A stretch of DNA of 64,000 nt from assembly GCF_009914755.1 (NCBI RefSeq), contig NC_060937.1; one strand, 5' to 3'. The position numbers and the translations under genes are program-made. The notes under the pieces were generated by a model, which saw only the letters and a list, made by a program, of their open reading frames with translations, made no database searches and was not told the DNA's origin. Positions 1 to 14,790 of this stretch are shown piece by piece. Numbering within the stretch: the first letter of the stretch is position 1; the number at the start of each line of letters is the position of its first letter. Source of the DNA: the human T2T-CHM13v2.0 reference genome, Homo sapiens.

Positions 1-864
1 TGCAAATAATTCACTGACCTGCACAGTTAGAACTATCAAGAGTTTTTTAAAAGCAATGTTGCCTGCATAGAATTGAGAAGTTGTAGAAGAAAAGAGAGAA
101 GGCCTATTCAATATTTTAAAGATTTATTATGTTTTTCTGATTATAAAAGTGATACTGGCTGATTACAGACAACTTGGAAAAGACATATTAAATATTAAAA
201 GAAAAATGTTCTATTTATGGAGCGTTTGGATACTATGTTTTTGATGTTGTGCATGTGTTCTTGGGGACTTGACTTCATGTCAATAAAGGACAGCAGCATC
301 TCATAATGCCACTGCCATTGGCCTTGCACCTCTGCTCTGATTTTCTTTCCTTTCACAACATCATAAACAAAACCACATGTTACTTGTGTGGTCAAGTTAA
401 AGGAAAGAATATCTCACCAAAATGAAAGAACTACAAGTGAAAAAAATAAACCCAGCCCTATGGTTTTCCTTTGCTCACTGTTATGTTTCTTGTAGGAGGC
501 TTGAAGTGGCAAATGTGAGCCAGTGGTCATAGCTTGAGCTATCTGTTTTCTGTATGCACTGCATCCAAGGCTGGCTTTCAACTCACTAAAGAAAATTTAT
601 CCCAAACAACAGGACTTTGATTTTCCAAGCTCCTTTTCAAACTCAGCTTGGCTTTATTGATGTTGAATATATTTATTCATGGTGTTTGCACTAGTCTTGG
701 AGCTGTCTGTGTGAGTAGACCTGACTACATATTGAATTATACATTATTCATTTGCTATAATTTCTTTGACAGCCATTTTCTCCTTCTAAATTCTGTTGTA
801 GAATGCAGGTGTACCTATCAACATCACCTGCCTTCATCCATGTTTAAATCTCTCTTGTCTTATG

Positions 865-888
865 CACACACACACACACACACACACA
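865..888. repeat. (CA)n microsatellite
   Basis: Uninterrupted CA dinucleotide run of about 12 units. Confidence 0.95.
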
Positions 889-936
889 TACCCCTTTGCT
901 CTAATCAAGGATTTCCTTTTAAAAATTCAAATGTCT

Positions 937-2001
937 GGGCAAGGACTTCATGACTAAAACACCAAAAGCAATCGTAACAAAAGCCAAAATTGACAAATGG
1001 GATCCAATTAAACTAAAGAGCTTCTGCATGGCAAAAGAAACTACCATCAGACTGAACAGGCAACCTACAGAATGGGAGAACATTTTTGCAATCTACCCAT
1101 CTGACAAAGGGCTAATATCCAGAATCTACAAAGAACTTAAACAAATTTACAAGAAAAAATCAAACAACCCCATCAAAAAGTAGGTGAAGAATATGAACAG
1201 ACACTTCTCAAAAGAAGACATTTATGCAGCCAACAGACACATGAAAAAATGCTCTTCATCACTAGTCATCAGAGAAATGCAAATCAAAACCACAATGAGA
1301 TACCATCTCACACCAGTCAGAATGGTGATCATTAAAAAGTCAGGAAACAACAGATGCTGCAGAGGATGTGGAGAAATAGGAACGTTTTTACACTGTTGAT
1401 GGGTGTGTAAACTAGTTCAACCATTGTGGAAGACAGTGTGGCGACTCCTCAAGGATCTAGAACTAGAAATACCATTTGACCCAGCAATCCCATTACTGGG
1501 TGTATACCCAAAGGAGTATAAATTATGCTACTATGAAGACACATGCACACGTATGTTTATTGCGACACTATTCACAATAGGAAAGACTTGGAATCAACCC
1601 AAATATCCATCAATAATAGACTGAATTAAGAAAATGTGGCACATATACACCATGGAATACTATGCAGCCATAAAAAAGGATGAGTTCATGTCCTTTGCAG
1701 GGACATGGATGACGCTAGAATCCATCATTCTCAGCAAACTATCACAAGGACAGAAAACCAAACACCACATGTTCTTACTCATAGGTGGGAATTGAACAAT
1801 GAGAACACTTGGACACAGGGTGCGGAACATCACACACCAGGGCCTGTCAAGGGGTGGGAGCCTGGGGGAGGGATAGCATTAGGAGAAATACCTAATGTAA
1901 ATGACGAGTTGATGGGTGCAGCAAACCAACATGGCACATGTATACCTATATAACAAACCTGCATGTTGTGCACATGTACCCTAGAACTTAAAGTATAATA
2001 A
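937..2001 (+). mobile_element. 5'-truncated LINE-1 (L1PA5-like): ORF2 C-terminus, 3'UTR and short A tail
   Basis: ORFs 950-1624 translate to the L1 ORF2p C-terminus ([37 protein letters not shown]). The 3'UTR ends in CCCTAGAACTTAAAGTATAATAAAA. Perfect 16-bp TSD AAAAATTCAAATGTCT at 921-936 and 2002-2017, preceded by TTTT (TT/AAAA endonuclease site). Confidence 0.97.
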
Positions 2002-2189
2002 AAAAATTCAAATGTCTCCTTGAGAATGGTGGCTTTCTAAGGGAACTAGGAGTTTTCTAATAAATGGCTAAAAGAGAGACATTCATGGAATGATGTAGAG
2101 GATATATTTTTGAGAGTGGAGTATAAAAATCAGCATGAAGCATAGGAGATAGAAACGGGAAGTAGTAGCATGTCAAAGGCAAGCCTCCA

Positions 2190-2325
2190 TTCATTTAAAC
2201 CAGCACCTAGATCAAGAAAGAGACCATCGCCAGAGCCCCAGGAGGCCTCCTGCAAACCTCCTTCTTATCATTAACTCATCAAAAGTAACTTTTACCCTCA
2301 CTTCTAATACCACAGGTTGGTTTTA
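2190..2325 (-). mobile_element. Old L1M(E) 3' fragment
   Basis: Resembles antisense L1ME 3' sequence (ACCAGCACCTAGATCAAGAAA...CTTCTAATACCACAGGTTGGTTTT); heavily diverged. Confidence 0.4.
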
Positions 2326-2369
2326 AGTGTCTGCTGGGTTCTGCTGTGATGACAAAGAACCCAGTTTTC

Positions 2370-2860
2370 AGTGGTTTATATTCTGTTTTGGATGCTGGTA
2401 TCGGGATACTGCACACTCAATTTCAGCTTTGCCTGCCGTGCCTATGTCAGGTTCTGCATATAGAGGGGACTGGGGGGAGCCTGCAAGCCTAGAGGGAAAG
2501 AAGGACTTGCTTCCTCCTAGCCACTTGCTATTCTTCTGGGCATTAGTCTAGTAATCCTTCTATATTGTGGTGATGGCAGTTCCTTGCTCTTGCAGCAGCT
2601 GAATCCAGTTTGTAGTTCTTCCTAAACTTGTGGGTCTGGCTTCATGGCATCCCCATAGAGCACTAGCTGAGCAGCACCACCTCCTTAGAGCTCTGGGTTT
2701 CAGCCCCATGGGGCCTCTCTTCCACGTTTGGAGACCCCAGCAACAAACGGTCACAGGTCTCCTCCAAAAGTTTCCTTTGTTCACATAGACCTACCTCCTT
2801 GATGCCTAAGAGTTCTCTTTTTACCCTAGCTTTACAAACTCAGCTTTGTGCCTAGTTGAC
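2370..2860. mobile_element. ERVL LTR fragment, LTR33-like
   Basis: GGTTCTGC..AGAGGGGACTGGGGGAGCCTGCAAGCCTAGAGGGAAAGAAGGACTTGCTTCCT resembles the recalled LTR33 consensus. Boundaries are approximate. Confidence 0.5.
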
Positions 2861-3169
2861 ACATTTTTAATGTGAAAAGATCTCTATTCAAATAGCTGGT
2901 AAGATTTCTGCCTTTTAAGTAATAAATTTAGATTTCTTTTATCTTTTTTGCTTTCACTATGTAGACACTCATTTCTCATACCCCTATTCTACTAATATAG
3001 TTGGACCATTTATTCATTTACCTAAAATATTGAGCACTAACTTTGACCAATTTAATCAAATTGTCTTCCAAGAATACACTAGTTTTATAAACCTTCTTTC
3101 CTTATGCTCACAAAAGTTAAATATTCTCTCAATTCATTTTCTTGAAGAAGTATCTTCTGGAACCTAAGA

Positions 3170-4710
3170 CCAGCTCCAGGCTGAGCAGGGTCTACTGCAT
3201 AGCTGTTTCCTTATAAATCTTCATTTATCACCGTTTTGGAGATTCCTTCTCTTGTATGGGGTAACTTGTTATCTAGAGCTCATGTTTTCTCTTTCTTGCT
3301 TTGTTCCCTTGTTTTGCCAGAGCACACCTTCTGGTAGCTTTTGAAGAAAGAGTGCATGGGAGAAAAAAATGTTTTGAGATATTTTTCATGTAAACCTCTC
3401 AAAGTATAAAATTCAAGGCTAGAAATTGTTTTCTGTCAATTGTAAAGTGAATGCTTCATTGTTTTCTTGCCTCTGGTTTCTCTGTTGAGAAGTTTATTGT
3501 CCTTTTGACTACTCCTTTTTATGAAAATTTTTGTTTCTCTATGTTTTCAGGATCCTCAATATTGGAAATCTTCACAATTATGTATATATTGGTGTGTGTA
3601 TGCTTTCAGCCATTGTACTGGACACTCAGTGGGCTCTTTTGATGAGGAAACTCCTGTCTTTCATTTTCAGGAAATTTTCTTGAATTATGTTGCTGATAAT
3701 TTTTTCTTGTTTTTTTTTTTTTCCTCTAGATTATATGTATATTGAACTTCCTAGACTGATTCTCCAGTTTTCTTAGGTTTTCTCTCCCATTCTCCATCTG
3801 GTTTTTCTTCTTCCTTTTCTTTTTTCCCCATAAGTGCAATATTCTCCTTTATCTCTCTGAAGTTATTACTGATAGATTTTTTGAAGCTTTTTTCCCCCTA
3901 CACACTCTGTTTCCTCCAAGGTGCTTTTTTCTTTTTGTTTATTTGGTATTTGTCTTTCATAATAGAAGTTTTCCTCGTATATCTTATATCCTTAATTGCC
4001 TGTTCATATGCTAAAATGGGACATAGAAAGCCTATTGAAAACCTTGTGTGTGTATATGTGATACACTTGAGGGTGGTTTGGCTAGAATATTCTTTTGGAT
4101 AAATTTCTGATGCTCATAACTTTAGTTTCTTTTTCTCTTGGGCTGGTTGGATTCCTAGAGAAGACTCTTCCAACCTACTGCCAGAGGGTAGAAGCCTGTC
4201 AGTGTTATGGGAGCTGAGTGAGAAAATAAGCCTGGGGGTCTCAATATCTTGCATTTTACTTCATCCACCTGTTTTCAATATGATACATCCACACTCATTA
4301 GTGTTTATTGTCTTGCAATCCAGAGACCTTCTTTTTACCCTCTCTAGAGAATAAACCTTTGTCATCTAGTAGGGAGAGTAGGAATTTGAAGACTTTTAAG
4401 CAAACCAATTTTAGCCTAATATTATTCTCTCTTTCCTGAGATACCTGAGGTTCTGAGGTAGGAATTGGGTTGCTTCTGGGCCTTCCCTGATGTAGATAAG
4501 GATTTAGCTTTCTTTGTACTGTAATGTCAGTTACCACTTTTTCATCAGCTAACTTCCAAAAATTATTTTTTTTGCTATTGTAGCGTCTCCCATCTTCACA
4601 TTTGTCCTTATGGGCTTATGCCTTTAAGCAAATCTCTGTACTGGCATTTCATTACAGTTTTGGGATGGAGAAGAATCTGAAGTGTGAGTCCAGTCTACCA
4701 TTTTTAACAG
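3170..4710 (-). mobile_element. Ancient L1M/HAL1 ORF1-region fragments
   Basis: T-rich antisense ORF1-like motifs (AAGTATAAAATTCAAGGCTAGAAATTGTTTTCT, CTTCATTGTTTTCTTGCCTCTGGTTTCTCTGTTGAGAAGT). Confidence 0.55.
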
Positions 4711-4745
4711 AAAATCTTTGAGATTTCATGGACGTTCCCCTCCAC

Positions 4746-4768
4746 TTTTTTTTTTTTTTTTTTTTTTT
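4746..4768. repeat. poly(T) tract, 23 nt
   Basis: Read directly from the sequence. Confidence 0.95.
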
Positions 4769-4892
4769 GCTAGGCTGACACTATGTTGTGCACTCTAACA
4801 CAGGGACATTGATGTTGCATGCGCATGTTTTCACCTTAGCATGAATCATTTTCAACTGGCTTCTTACTTCAGTCCCTCAAACCAATATGTTC

Positions 4893-5149
4893 TTTTTTTT
4901 TTTTGAGATGGAGTCTTGCTCTTGTCACCCAGGCTGGAGTGCAGGCGATCTCGGCTCACTGCAAGCTCCGCCTCCCAGGTTCACGCCATTCTTCTGCCTC
5001 AGCCTCCTGAGTAGCTGGGACTACAGGTGCCCACCACCATGCCCGGCTAATTTTTGTATTTTTTTTTTTAGTAGAAATGGGGTTTCACCGTGTTAGCCAG
5101 GATGGTCTCGATTTCCTGACCTTGTGATCTGCCTGCCTCAGCCTCCCAA
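4893..5149 (-). mobile_element. AluY, 5'-truncated
   Basis: AluY diagnostics (CTGCAAGCTCCGCC, CACGCCATTC, GTGTTAGCCAGGATGGTCTCGAT). Stops at CCTCCCAA. TSD CCAATAT(G/A)TTCT at 4882-4893 and 5146-5157. Confidence 0.95.
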
Positions 5150-6158
5150 TATATTCTAGTTGAGTCACTCCACTTATCTTTCAGACATAACCCTACAAGT
5201 CTGAATTCTAACCCTGGACACAGCTCAGGCTCAAACCAGAATTCTTTTCTCTCACGATAGCCTTCTCTTTCACTAGAGGAGTCAGAGGTGGGCTGTTCAA
5301 ATTGGTTCTGGTGTTACACTGTTGACTCATTAATAGAAGCATGTTTTCCCTAGTGTGATTGTTAAAATCCTAGTTATAAGGCACTCACTTTGCATATAAT
5401 TGCATATTTTGGTACTCAGTAGTAGGAAACTGGTTGAGGATATTCTGATATTCTAGAACATTTGTTTCAAAAGATACCTTGCTATGATAGAGGCATCACA
5501 TGCAATACTATAGCTATAAATATAGTTATTTTCTGAATTGTCTTTTTAGAGAAACATACTTGCTGATAGGAAATTTTTACCTTGGATGGCTGGTTATATA
5601 ATGTCATATTAACAAAACAAATAATATCTAGAGAAATCTGTATAATCTTATAAAAATTATGATGATCAACTCTAGTACTTCCAGCCTGCAGAAATCTTGG
5701 TCCTTTGTATGACATGAAGTTGCCAAAAAGATACTTAGAGTGGTTTCATCTTAATATTTTCATATGTACATCAAAGGAATATGAATGCTTCCAAGATGTT
5801 AGTCTGTTTTGTTGAATTTCACAGCTTTGCATCCCGAGTCAGGAAGCTGTCATGGCGTTGTGCTGGTACACCAGTGCGGATGCCAGCATGTGCATATGCT
5901 GACACATATGCTAAACCAGGAGTCAAGACTCCAGCACTCAGATGAATGTTAGACATCTCTCATCTAAATTCAGAGCCAAGGAGGTCCGTGTAGGCAGGCT
6001 TTCCCTAAGCTTCCCTTCTGGCTATGATTTGAAATTAATCATTTTAATCATAGGTTAACATCAGGGTCCATGTAGTTAAAACATGAGACTTGACAAATTT
6101 TCATAGCCTAAGGCTACAGTCTTTATTGCCAGAGCAGTAAGCCACGGAACATAGTCAT

Positions 6159-6696
6159 TGTGGTAGGAAAGATTTTTGTCTGTCTGACGTCTTTGTGGGT
6201 ATCATTACTTCCCAGTTCTCAGGTATGGGTATTCTGATGGGGCTATCTACAACCTTTGGATCCAGAGGCAGGCACATGACCCAAGCCTGGACCATCAAAG
6301 TGCTCATGGAGTTGATGGCAGTGATGGCTCAGGAGCCAGCACCTGACTCAGCAGGCTTGTCTGAGCCTGCCCATGAGCTCTTTCTGGAGCTGTCTGGGAT
6401 AAAGTGCCATCTCTTTGCTAGGCTGGTTGGCTGTAAGGACAGCATGTCTAAAGCTGCTGCTGGTCATCTTTGCTACTCCTGGGAGAGAGTTTGAGAAACA
6501 AGTTAGTACAGAGAAAGCAGAACCAAGGGATGGAGGAAAGGAGGCAGATTCCAGATGATATTCTTTGTACCCCAGGAATATCTCAAATCAGGAATGCCCC
6601 TGGACTTTCTAATTTTGAGAGTCCAATAAATTCTGTTTTTGGAAAGCTGGTTTAATTGGATTCTATACCTGCAATTGAAGGAGACTGACTAATATG
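6159..6696 (+). mobile_element. Solo ERVL LTR, LTR16-like
   Basis: Starts TGTGGTAGG. Has LTR16-type GGCACATGACCCAAGCCTGGACCATCA and GCTGCTGGTCATCTTTGC, AATAAA near the 3' end, and ends CTGACTAATA. 5-bp TSD GTCAT/GTTAT. Confidence 0.75.
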
Positions 6697-7016
6697 GTTA
6701 TATTGGTCTTCACCAACTGTAATTTTTCTGTAAACTACGTATACTGGTCAGATTTTAGATGGCAATCAAGTTGAATTATCCAACCGAGCTGTCTGTATTG
6801 ATGAGCTTAACTCAGTATTTTCTAAATCTCTACTTTGTACAGTGTAGACACCTCTAAACAAGTAATAACAAACTGATATTCAAGCGCAAGTGGTCCACTC
6901 TGACTAATTGTCCACCTCTCAGGGTTTAGAGACATCCCTTGTAAATGATTATGGAATTACCTATTTCACAGAGACACTGTGGTAATTATTTCAAATAAGT
7001 CCTTTAGGACCCTTGA

Positions 7017-7318
<302 letters not shown>

Positions 7319-7715
7319 GAATAGACTTAATTGTAATAGCAAAAGTTATTTTATTGTCATTATAGGACGCCTGTTAATTTCTCTATTGATCAGAATGTAG
7401 TAAGAATTTTCTCAAACTTATCTAACTCTAAACAGATGGATCTAAATATATTTTTTTCAGTATAAAGTCTGAGAAAAATTCAGATAGGATTATTCTATTG
7501 TGTGTTCAAGTTACAAATATGGCTGATTTATGAAATGTTGACAGCTAGTATTCTAGGGTTTTAGCCTGGCAATTCTTAAAATATTTAAGGAAAAGAGTTT
7601 TAAAAAATAAATCCAATATTAAATGATGTAACATAACACATTGTTAATAAGAGACGTTAGGGTCTCCAAAGAATATGCATACAAAAGAATCAAATATATT
7701 TCATATATTAATTGA

Positions 7716-8106
<391 letters not shown>

Positions 8107-8559
8107 ACAGTCTCTCTTTCTATATAACACATACTAGAGCTCTTTCTTGTCTACATTAAGTTGGTCCTCTGTCCTCTCACCCTATTATTCTTTTGTAAAG
8201 ACAGCTTTGTTGAGATAGAATTTATGTATCATAAAATTCACCCATTTATGATATACAATTCAATGATTTTGATTCCATTATTATTATACAGAAAATAAGC
8301 TACACTGTTTATTTTCTTAATTGCACATATCAAAATTTGTAGTTACCTATTTACTTGTTTATTTATTGTTTATGCAACATAATCCCAATTTTGTGAGAAA
8401 AAAAATACTGTGTGCACTGGACAGACAAAGATCAAAAGAAATACAGGATTATGGAGAATTTTATTTTCTTTCTTGAAATTTTCTGTGTTTTCCAAAATTT
8501 CTCCAATGAGCATCATTTCTTTTTATCAGAAAATATACATTACTTTAAAAATGATCTTT

Positions 8560-9230
<671 letters not shown>

Positions 9231-9649
9231 GATACAGTCCATATTTTATAAACATATTGTCTCCTTATTCGAGTCGACTGTCTTGTGGGTTATAGCAGTT
9301 TTTGCAAGTAGATTCTGTCACTAAAATGTGCTGGTGTCACCAGGGCCAGCACCACCCAATGATATCTCTGTGTCCTCCTTCCCCTGGGAAGAGGAATGTG
9401 AGATGGGGTACGGCCCAGGCATGTGGCATCCCAGCCTGCAACTGTGCTGCTGATTGGGTGTCCATCTGATCGGCTAAAGCCCTGCCTTGGTTGTTCAGTG
9501 TTTTCAGCATTTTTCCCAGCATGGGCAAAGCCACCAAGCTCATTCATTACCAGGCCAATCAGCCGTATCCACATGTAGCAGCACACCCACCATCAACTTG
9601 TACTAAGGGCAATGATTGCAAAGAGGGGGAGAAAAGGAGATGATTGTAG

Positions 9650-9994
<345 letters not shown>

Positions 9995-10926
9995 TTAAGT
10001 CAGAAACTGCCTCGACGTTTTGTGGTGCTCCTGACGTCTGCACAGCCCTACTTGCACAGTCTTTCCTGATGTCATCACGTCTTGCCTCTGCTACTCATTT
10101 GAGACACATACCTTAGATGAAAAGGATTTCTGAAGAGAAGAAGTAGAAAGATGCCCTTTAATAAATCCTTCCAATTATAGAACCAGGTGTCTGGAATAGT
10201 CCTCAGAGAACTCCCCACTCCTCTCTTCACTACAGAGGCATAAGACGCAGGCCCTGAGGGATTGAATGTCTCGGCACCACCCAGCCGATCCTCCCACACC
10301 GGGAGGTCACCTGGCCTCTGACCCCCTGGCTCCCTTCCCAGCCCCCTTTCACTACACCATACTTGTGGCATGTTCTACCTGTAGAGAAATGTGGTTTATA
10401 ACCTCCCCAGTTATCATTTATTTCATGGCTTTTACACTGCCTAATTTAAAAAAGAATTTAAAATATTTTACCAAGTTATGATACCCTAAAATATATAATA
10501 AAATCTCAAAAGGGCAGAAACCACTTGGAGGTAAGAGCCTGGGTTGACTTGGTTTCTGTGGTGGAGCCTTGTGGGTGTCCCAGTCTCCAAGGAAGTGAAA
10601 GTTTGGGAGTATCTTCATCCATGTGTCAAAAAATAGTGAAAGCCTGCAGAAGCACAAATTCAGCAAAAGCTCACTTCACCTAACAGAAATACTACTGAAA
10701 AATCACTTAATGTCAAAACAAATCCTGTGTTGTATTGGATATATATCTAAGGTCTGCAGACTTGGAGAAGATAAGTCATGTTTGATTTTCTGAAACCTTT
10801 GCAGCTTGAGGGGCCAGGGTGCCGGGAGCACCTGACAGGGAAGTCCTTGTCATACATGCTAAGAATAAAGCCCCCTTCCTTTAGAGGCTAGCCCTAGTGG
10901 AACCGGTTCCACTCCCTCCTTTCCTG

Positions 10927-11239
10927 TTTTATTGATTGATTGATTGTTTGATTGATTGATTTAGAGACACACCTCATTCTGTCACCCAGGATGGTGTGCA
11001 GTGGTGCGATCTCAGCTCACTGCAATTTCTGCCTCCTGGGTTCAAGTGATTCTCGTACCTCAGCCTCTTGAGTAGCTGGGATTAGGTGTGTGCCACCGCC
11101 CAGGTAATTTTTGTATTTCTAGTAGAGACGAGGTTTCACCATGTTGACCAGGCTGGTCTTGACTCTTGGCCTCAACTGATCCGCCTACCTCGGCCTCCCA
11201 AAGTGCTGGGATTACAGGCGTGAGCCACCGCGCCCGACC
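10927..11239 (-). mobile_element. AluS (Sx/Sz-like) with (TTGA)n tail
   Basis: Two-arm Alu ending GTGAGCCACCGCGCCCGACC. Confidence 0.93.
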
Positions 11240-12649
11240 CTCTCCCCTGCCCTGTTGACACTTAACTGCAAACCTGGGAGAGAAAGGCAGAAAGGAAGGA
11301 AGTGTATGTCTGGAGTTAACTAGATAAAACTACAAGAGGTACTGGTAAGTGGTGGAAACAGGTGTTTGGTTATAAAGAGTGGTATCTGCTGTTGTGCTGG
11401 GTTTCACGTGATTTATGTTTTCTCTGGTGAGCCCCGCTAGTATGAAGACAGTAGGGCTTTGCTAGAACTGGTGTGTTCTCGGGGTAGTAATGGTCTCTTA
11501 CTGGAGTCCCAGGAATCTCTGGGTCTCTTCCTTTTTTAATAACAAGAGCTATTCCAATAACCTTTTTGACCCTGTGATGTTCATAGATAGTATTAGCTTT
11601 TTGGTTTAATTCTTCAAGATAAAGTTTACACCCTAACAGGATCCTTTGGGGGTGTTATTCCAAAGGGGAGTGTGATGTGTGAATTTCAGGCTGTTTCAGG
11701 ATAACGAAGAAAGCAGTTTGTGGAGAAGGGACTTTGAAGCCACAGCACACACTTCCCAGCTTCTTCCACTTTTGCAGAAAGCATTCTTGGGGGTGGGATG
11801 TGGATGGTGTGTGTTCTTACATAAGGTGGTCTTGTTACTGAGAGTGCAGGAAGTTCCTTTGTTTCTTGGTTTGTGGTCTTTAGTAACGATAACTTTAGGT
11901 GAATGGAACCTTTCTGTACATTTTCAGAAATCTCCAACGTTTGGATCATGCCAGGATGTTAACTTTTTACAGGCCGAAGCTGAACGGCCTGTTATGAGGG
12001 AGCCCCAAAATATGTAACATCATTACCTCTGTTAACACCAGTTTGTCAGCCTCTAGACCCACTGTTCACAGTGGCATCAATCCTGGAGAAGATCCACACC
12101 TTAGAATGGTTTTGTTTGGTTGCCCTGTTGGGACCTTCACTGAGTCTTACCCAGGGGTTCTTATAGTGTGTCTGAGGTGTGTTCCCCAACTGGCCCTGGG
12201 TGCAGAAATTATATTTGCAGCCAGATAACTTATAATTTGCTACATATGGCCAGTCTTTTTTAGCAGTTTTCTTTCTTTTGCATTTTGCCACACCCACTCC
12301 CAATTTACTGTTAGCAGCCCTCCTGGTACCTTCTCACCACAAGGGACTTATATTAGATATCTGTAGGCTCCGAGACAGAGAGAGAGAGATTGAGAGTGAG
12401 AGAGCCCAATCACATTGCTTGCCTCCTGTTTTATTTTAATATCATTATTTTTTACATTACTGTTCCTTGACCCTTGTACATTAAACATTAAATAGAAGTC
12501 AAGGTTATAGTCATGGGGCCAGAGAGAGGAATCTACCTTCCTTGATGACTCTAGGCTGGAACAGGATTGAAGGGAGCACAGGAGTGGCTAGGGCTACAGT
12601 CTGTGCTTCTACAGAGAAGCATGTGGAACAGAAGGTTGAGGTGAGAGGC

Positions 12650-12850
12650 CGAGTGGCACAGATGAAAGAGCATGTTATTTTGGAGTTGGACAGACCTTAA
12701 CTGGAATGCTAACTTGGCCACTGGTCAGCTATGTGGTCTTGGGCAAATTACCTGGCACTTCCAAACTTCAGTGACCTTTGCCTTATCTGTAAACTGGACT
12801 TGCAAGATTGTTATGGTAATCAAGTGGAATAATAGGTAGTAAGTACTTAT
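12650..12850 (+). mobile_element. MIR
   Basis: MIR core: TTTGGAGTTGGACAGACC...AGCTATGTGGTCTTGGGCAAATTAC...CCTTATCTGTAAACTGG. Confidence 0.75.
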
Positions 12851-13362
12851 TGTCCCATATAAGGCATTTCATAAATATTATTTTCTCTTTCTTTTCATTA
12901 CGAGGGAATGAGAAAAAAAGCCAAAGACATGAAAATCCCCATGTTCTATTAATAACAGCTTCCATTTTTCTTTCTCATATTTTTATAATGCTTTAAACTA
13001 TGTGGGTAATTGTTTCAGCATTTAATCTTTCCACTGAATTACTTAATTACATTTATGACAACCACATTTTAATTTTGAGTACATCGATGGAACTATTAAT
13101 TTATTCTAATGAATTTACAACATGGCTGGAATTTTTTTCACCATTAATTTTGTGGTGATAGAAAACTATGCTGCCTGCCATAGATTTATCTTGCTTTAAT
13201 CATATTTTAATCAAATCAAATTCCTTAAAAGTCTAGATAAGGGTCCCCCTAGAGGAAAGGAGTAAGAAGATTTTCTCTGAAAAGCATATTTAAGCCTGAT
13301 GGTTTATCAGCTTGGTTGACTCCCACTTCTGCTCTCAAGTGTTAGCAGAGGAAACTTGGTGG

Positions 13363-13430
13363 ACATTTTTTTGGAGGGGTTGGGAACTCGGGAGGAACAT
13401 TTTTCTGGAGGGGTTGGAGGCTTGGGAGGA
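13363..13430. repeat. Imperfect 34-bp tandem duplication
   Basis: ACATTTTTTTGGAGGGGTTGGGAACTCGGGAGGA followed by ACATTTTTCTGGAGGGGTTGGAGGCTTGGGAGGA. Confidence 0.9.
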
Positions 13431-14440
13431 ATGCATAGTGGTGGAGGAGAATAAATGAGATTAGAAATTTCTTTTTCCAAAGAAAGCGGCCATTCTGCAC
13501 ATCTGGAGAGGGTGCCGTCATTTGTTTGGTTCCCAGATGCTTTGCAGTCCACACTTCTGGGAAGACCCCTGCCTGCCAAGTCATCATTGCCTTCAAAGGG
13601 ATTTCTTTCTCAGCAAGGTGATAACGTTCACTGCCATAGCCTCCCCTGATTAATGCTTTAAGATTGATTGCTGGTCCAGCCTGGCAGACGGGCGCTGAAT
13701 TTCCCATTTAGTACTCTCAGGTTTTAAACATTCAAAATGGCAGTAAATAAAACACATGCCTTTCAACATCCCTTTTTCCCCTCAGCTCACAGCTTGGGAG
13801 TTTAGGTTAACTTTTTGTTATAACAGGCGTTTGAGATGAACAAGGAAAGCTCCCTAACAGTTCTTTCTGTGATTTGTTTCTTATTAAATTAAAAAATTTG
13901 TCATTTATTTATTGGAGAGGAGGGAAGAGGTTTGGCCATGGACACTAGTTGCAAAAACGAATTGTAAGCACAGGTAGTGGCAGATTAAAAACACTTTAGC
14001 AATTAGTATTTTCCACTTGATGGTTTAAAACTGAAAAAAAAATTATCTCCAACTGCTGCTAATATTACAGCTTAAGAACAGGCTGATAGATCTTGCATAC
14101 GAAACATCTCACTCTGGGAAAATCTTCACCCTTCTCATTCTTAGTTATAATAAGACAAGGCAATAGCCTTTTTAGTTTGTGTGTACTGATATGAATTTCT
14201 CCATGAAAAATTTATGGAAGCTACTAAATAAACACATGGAGAGCTATAAGAACCCTAACCCTATGAAACACACAATTTAGATCCACCTATCATGTAAATT
14301 AAACATTCGTCAGAAGAAACAGTTAGAGGTGTGTTAGAGCTTTAAATAGGACTGTTTATATTAGGATGAGATAAAGACTGACATTCCAAAGTTATTAACC
14401 AACATGTGTCTCCCCTTCTATGGAATTTGCCTAATAAGAA

Positions 14441-14790
14441 TTTTTTTAAAAAATTCAATATTATTTTGAATTAACAAATCTTAATTGTATATATTTATGG
14501 GGTACATTGTGATGTTTTGATATATGCATACAATGTGGAATGGTTAAATCAAGCTAATTAGCATATCTATCACCTCAGGTACTTACCATATTTTGTGCAG
14601 AGATATTTAAAATTTACTGTCTTAGTTCTTTTGGGATATGTAATACATTATCATTGAATATAGTCATCCTGCTGTGCAATAGACCTCAAAAACTTATTCC
14701 TCCTGTCTAACTCAAACTTTGTCCTCCTTGACTAACAACTCCTTGTTTCCCATTCACCCCCCCAGCCCTCAACCTCTGATTATCATCATC
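14441..14790 (-). mobile_element. L1MA 3' end
   Basis: AATTGTATATATTTATGGGGTACATTGTGATGTTTTGATAT...GCTGTGCAATAGACCTCAAAAACTTATTCCTCC. TSD approximately CT(A/G)ATAAGAAT at 14431 and 14790. Confidence 0.85.
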
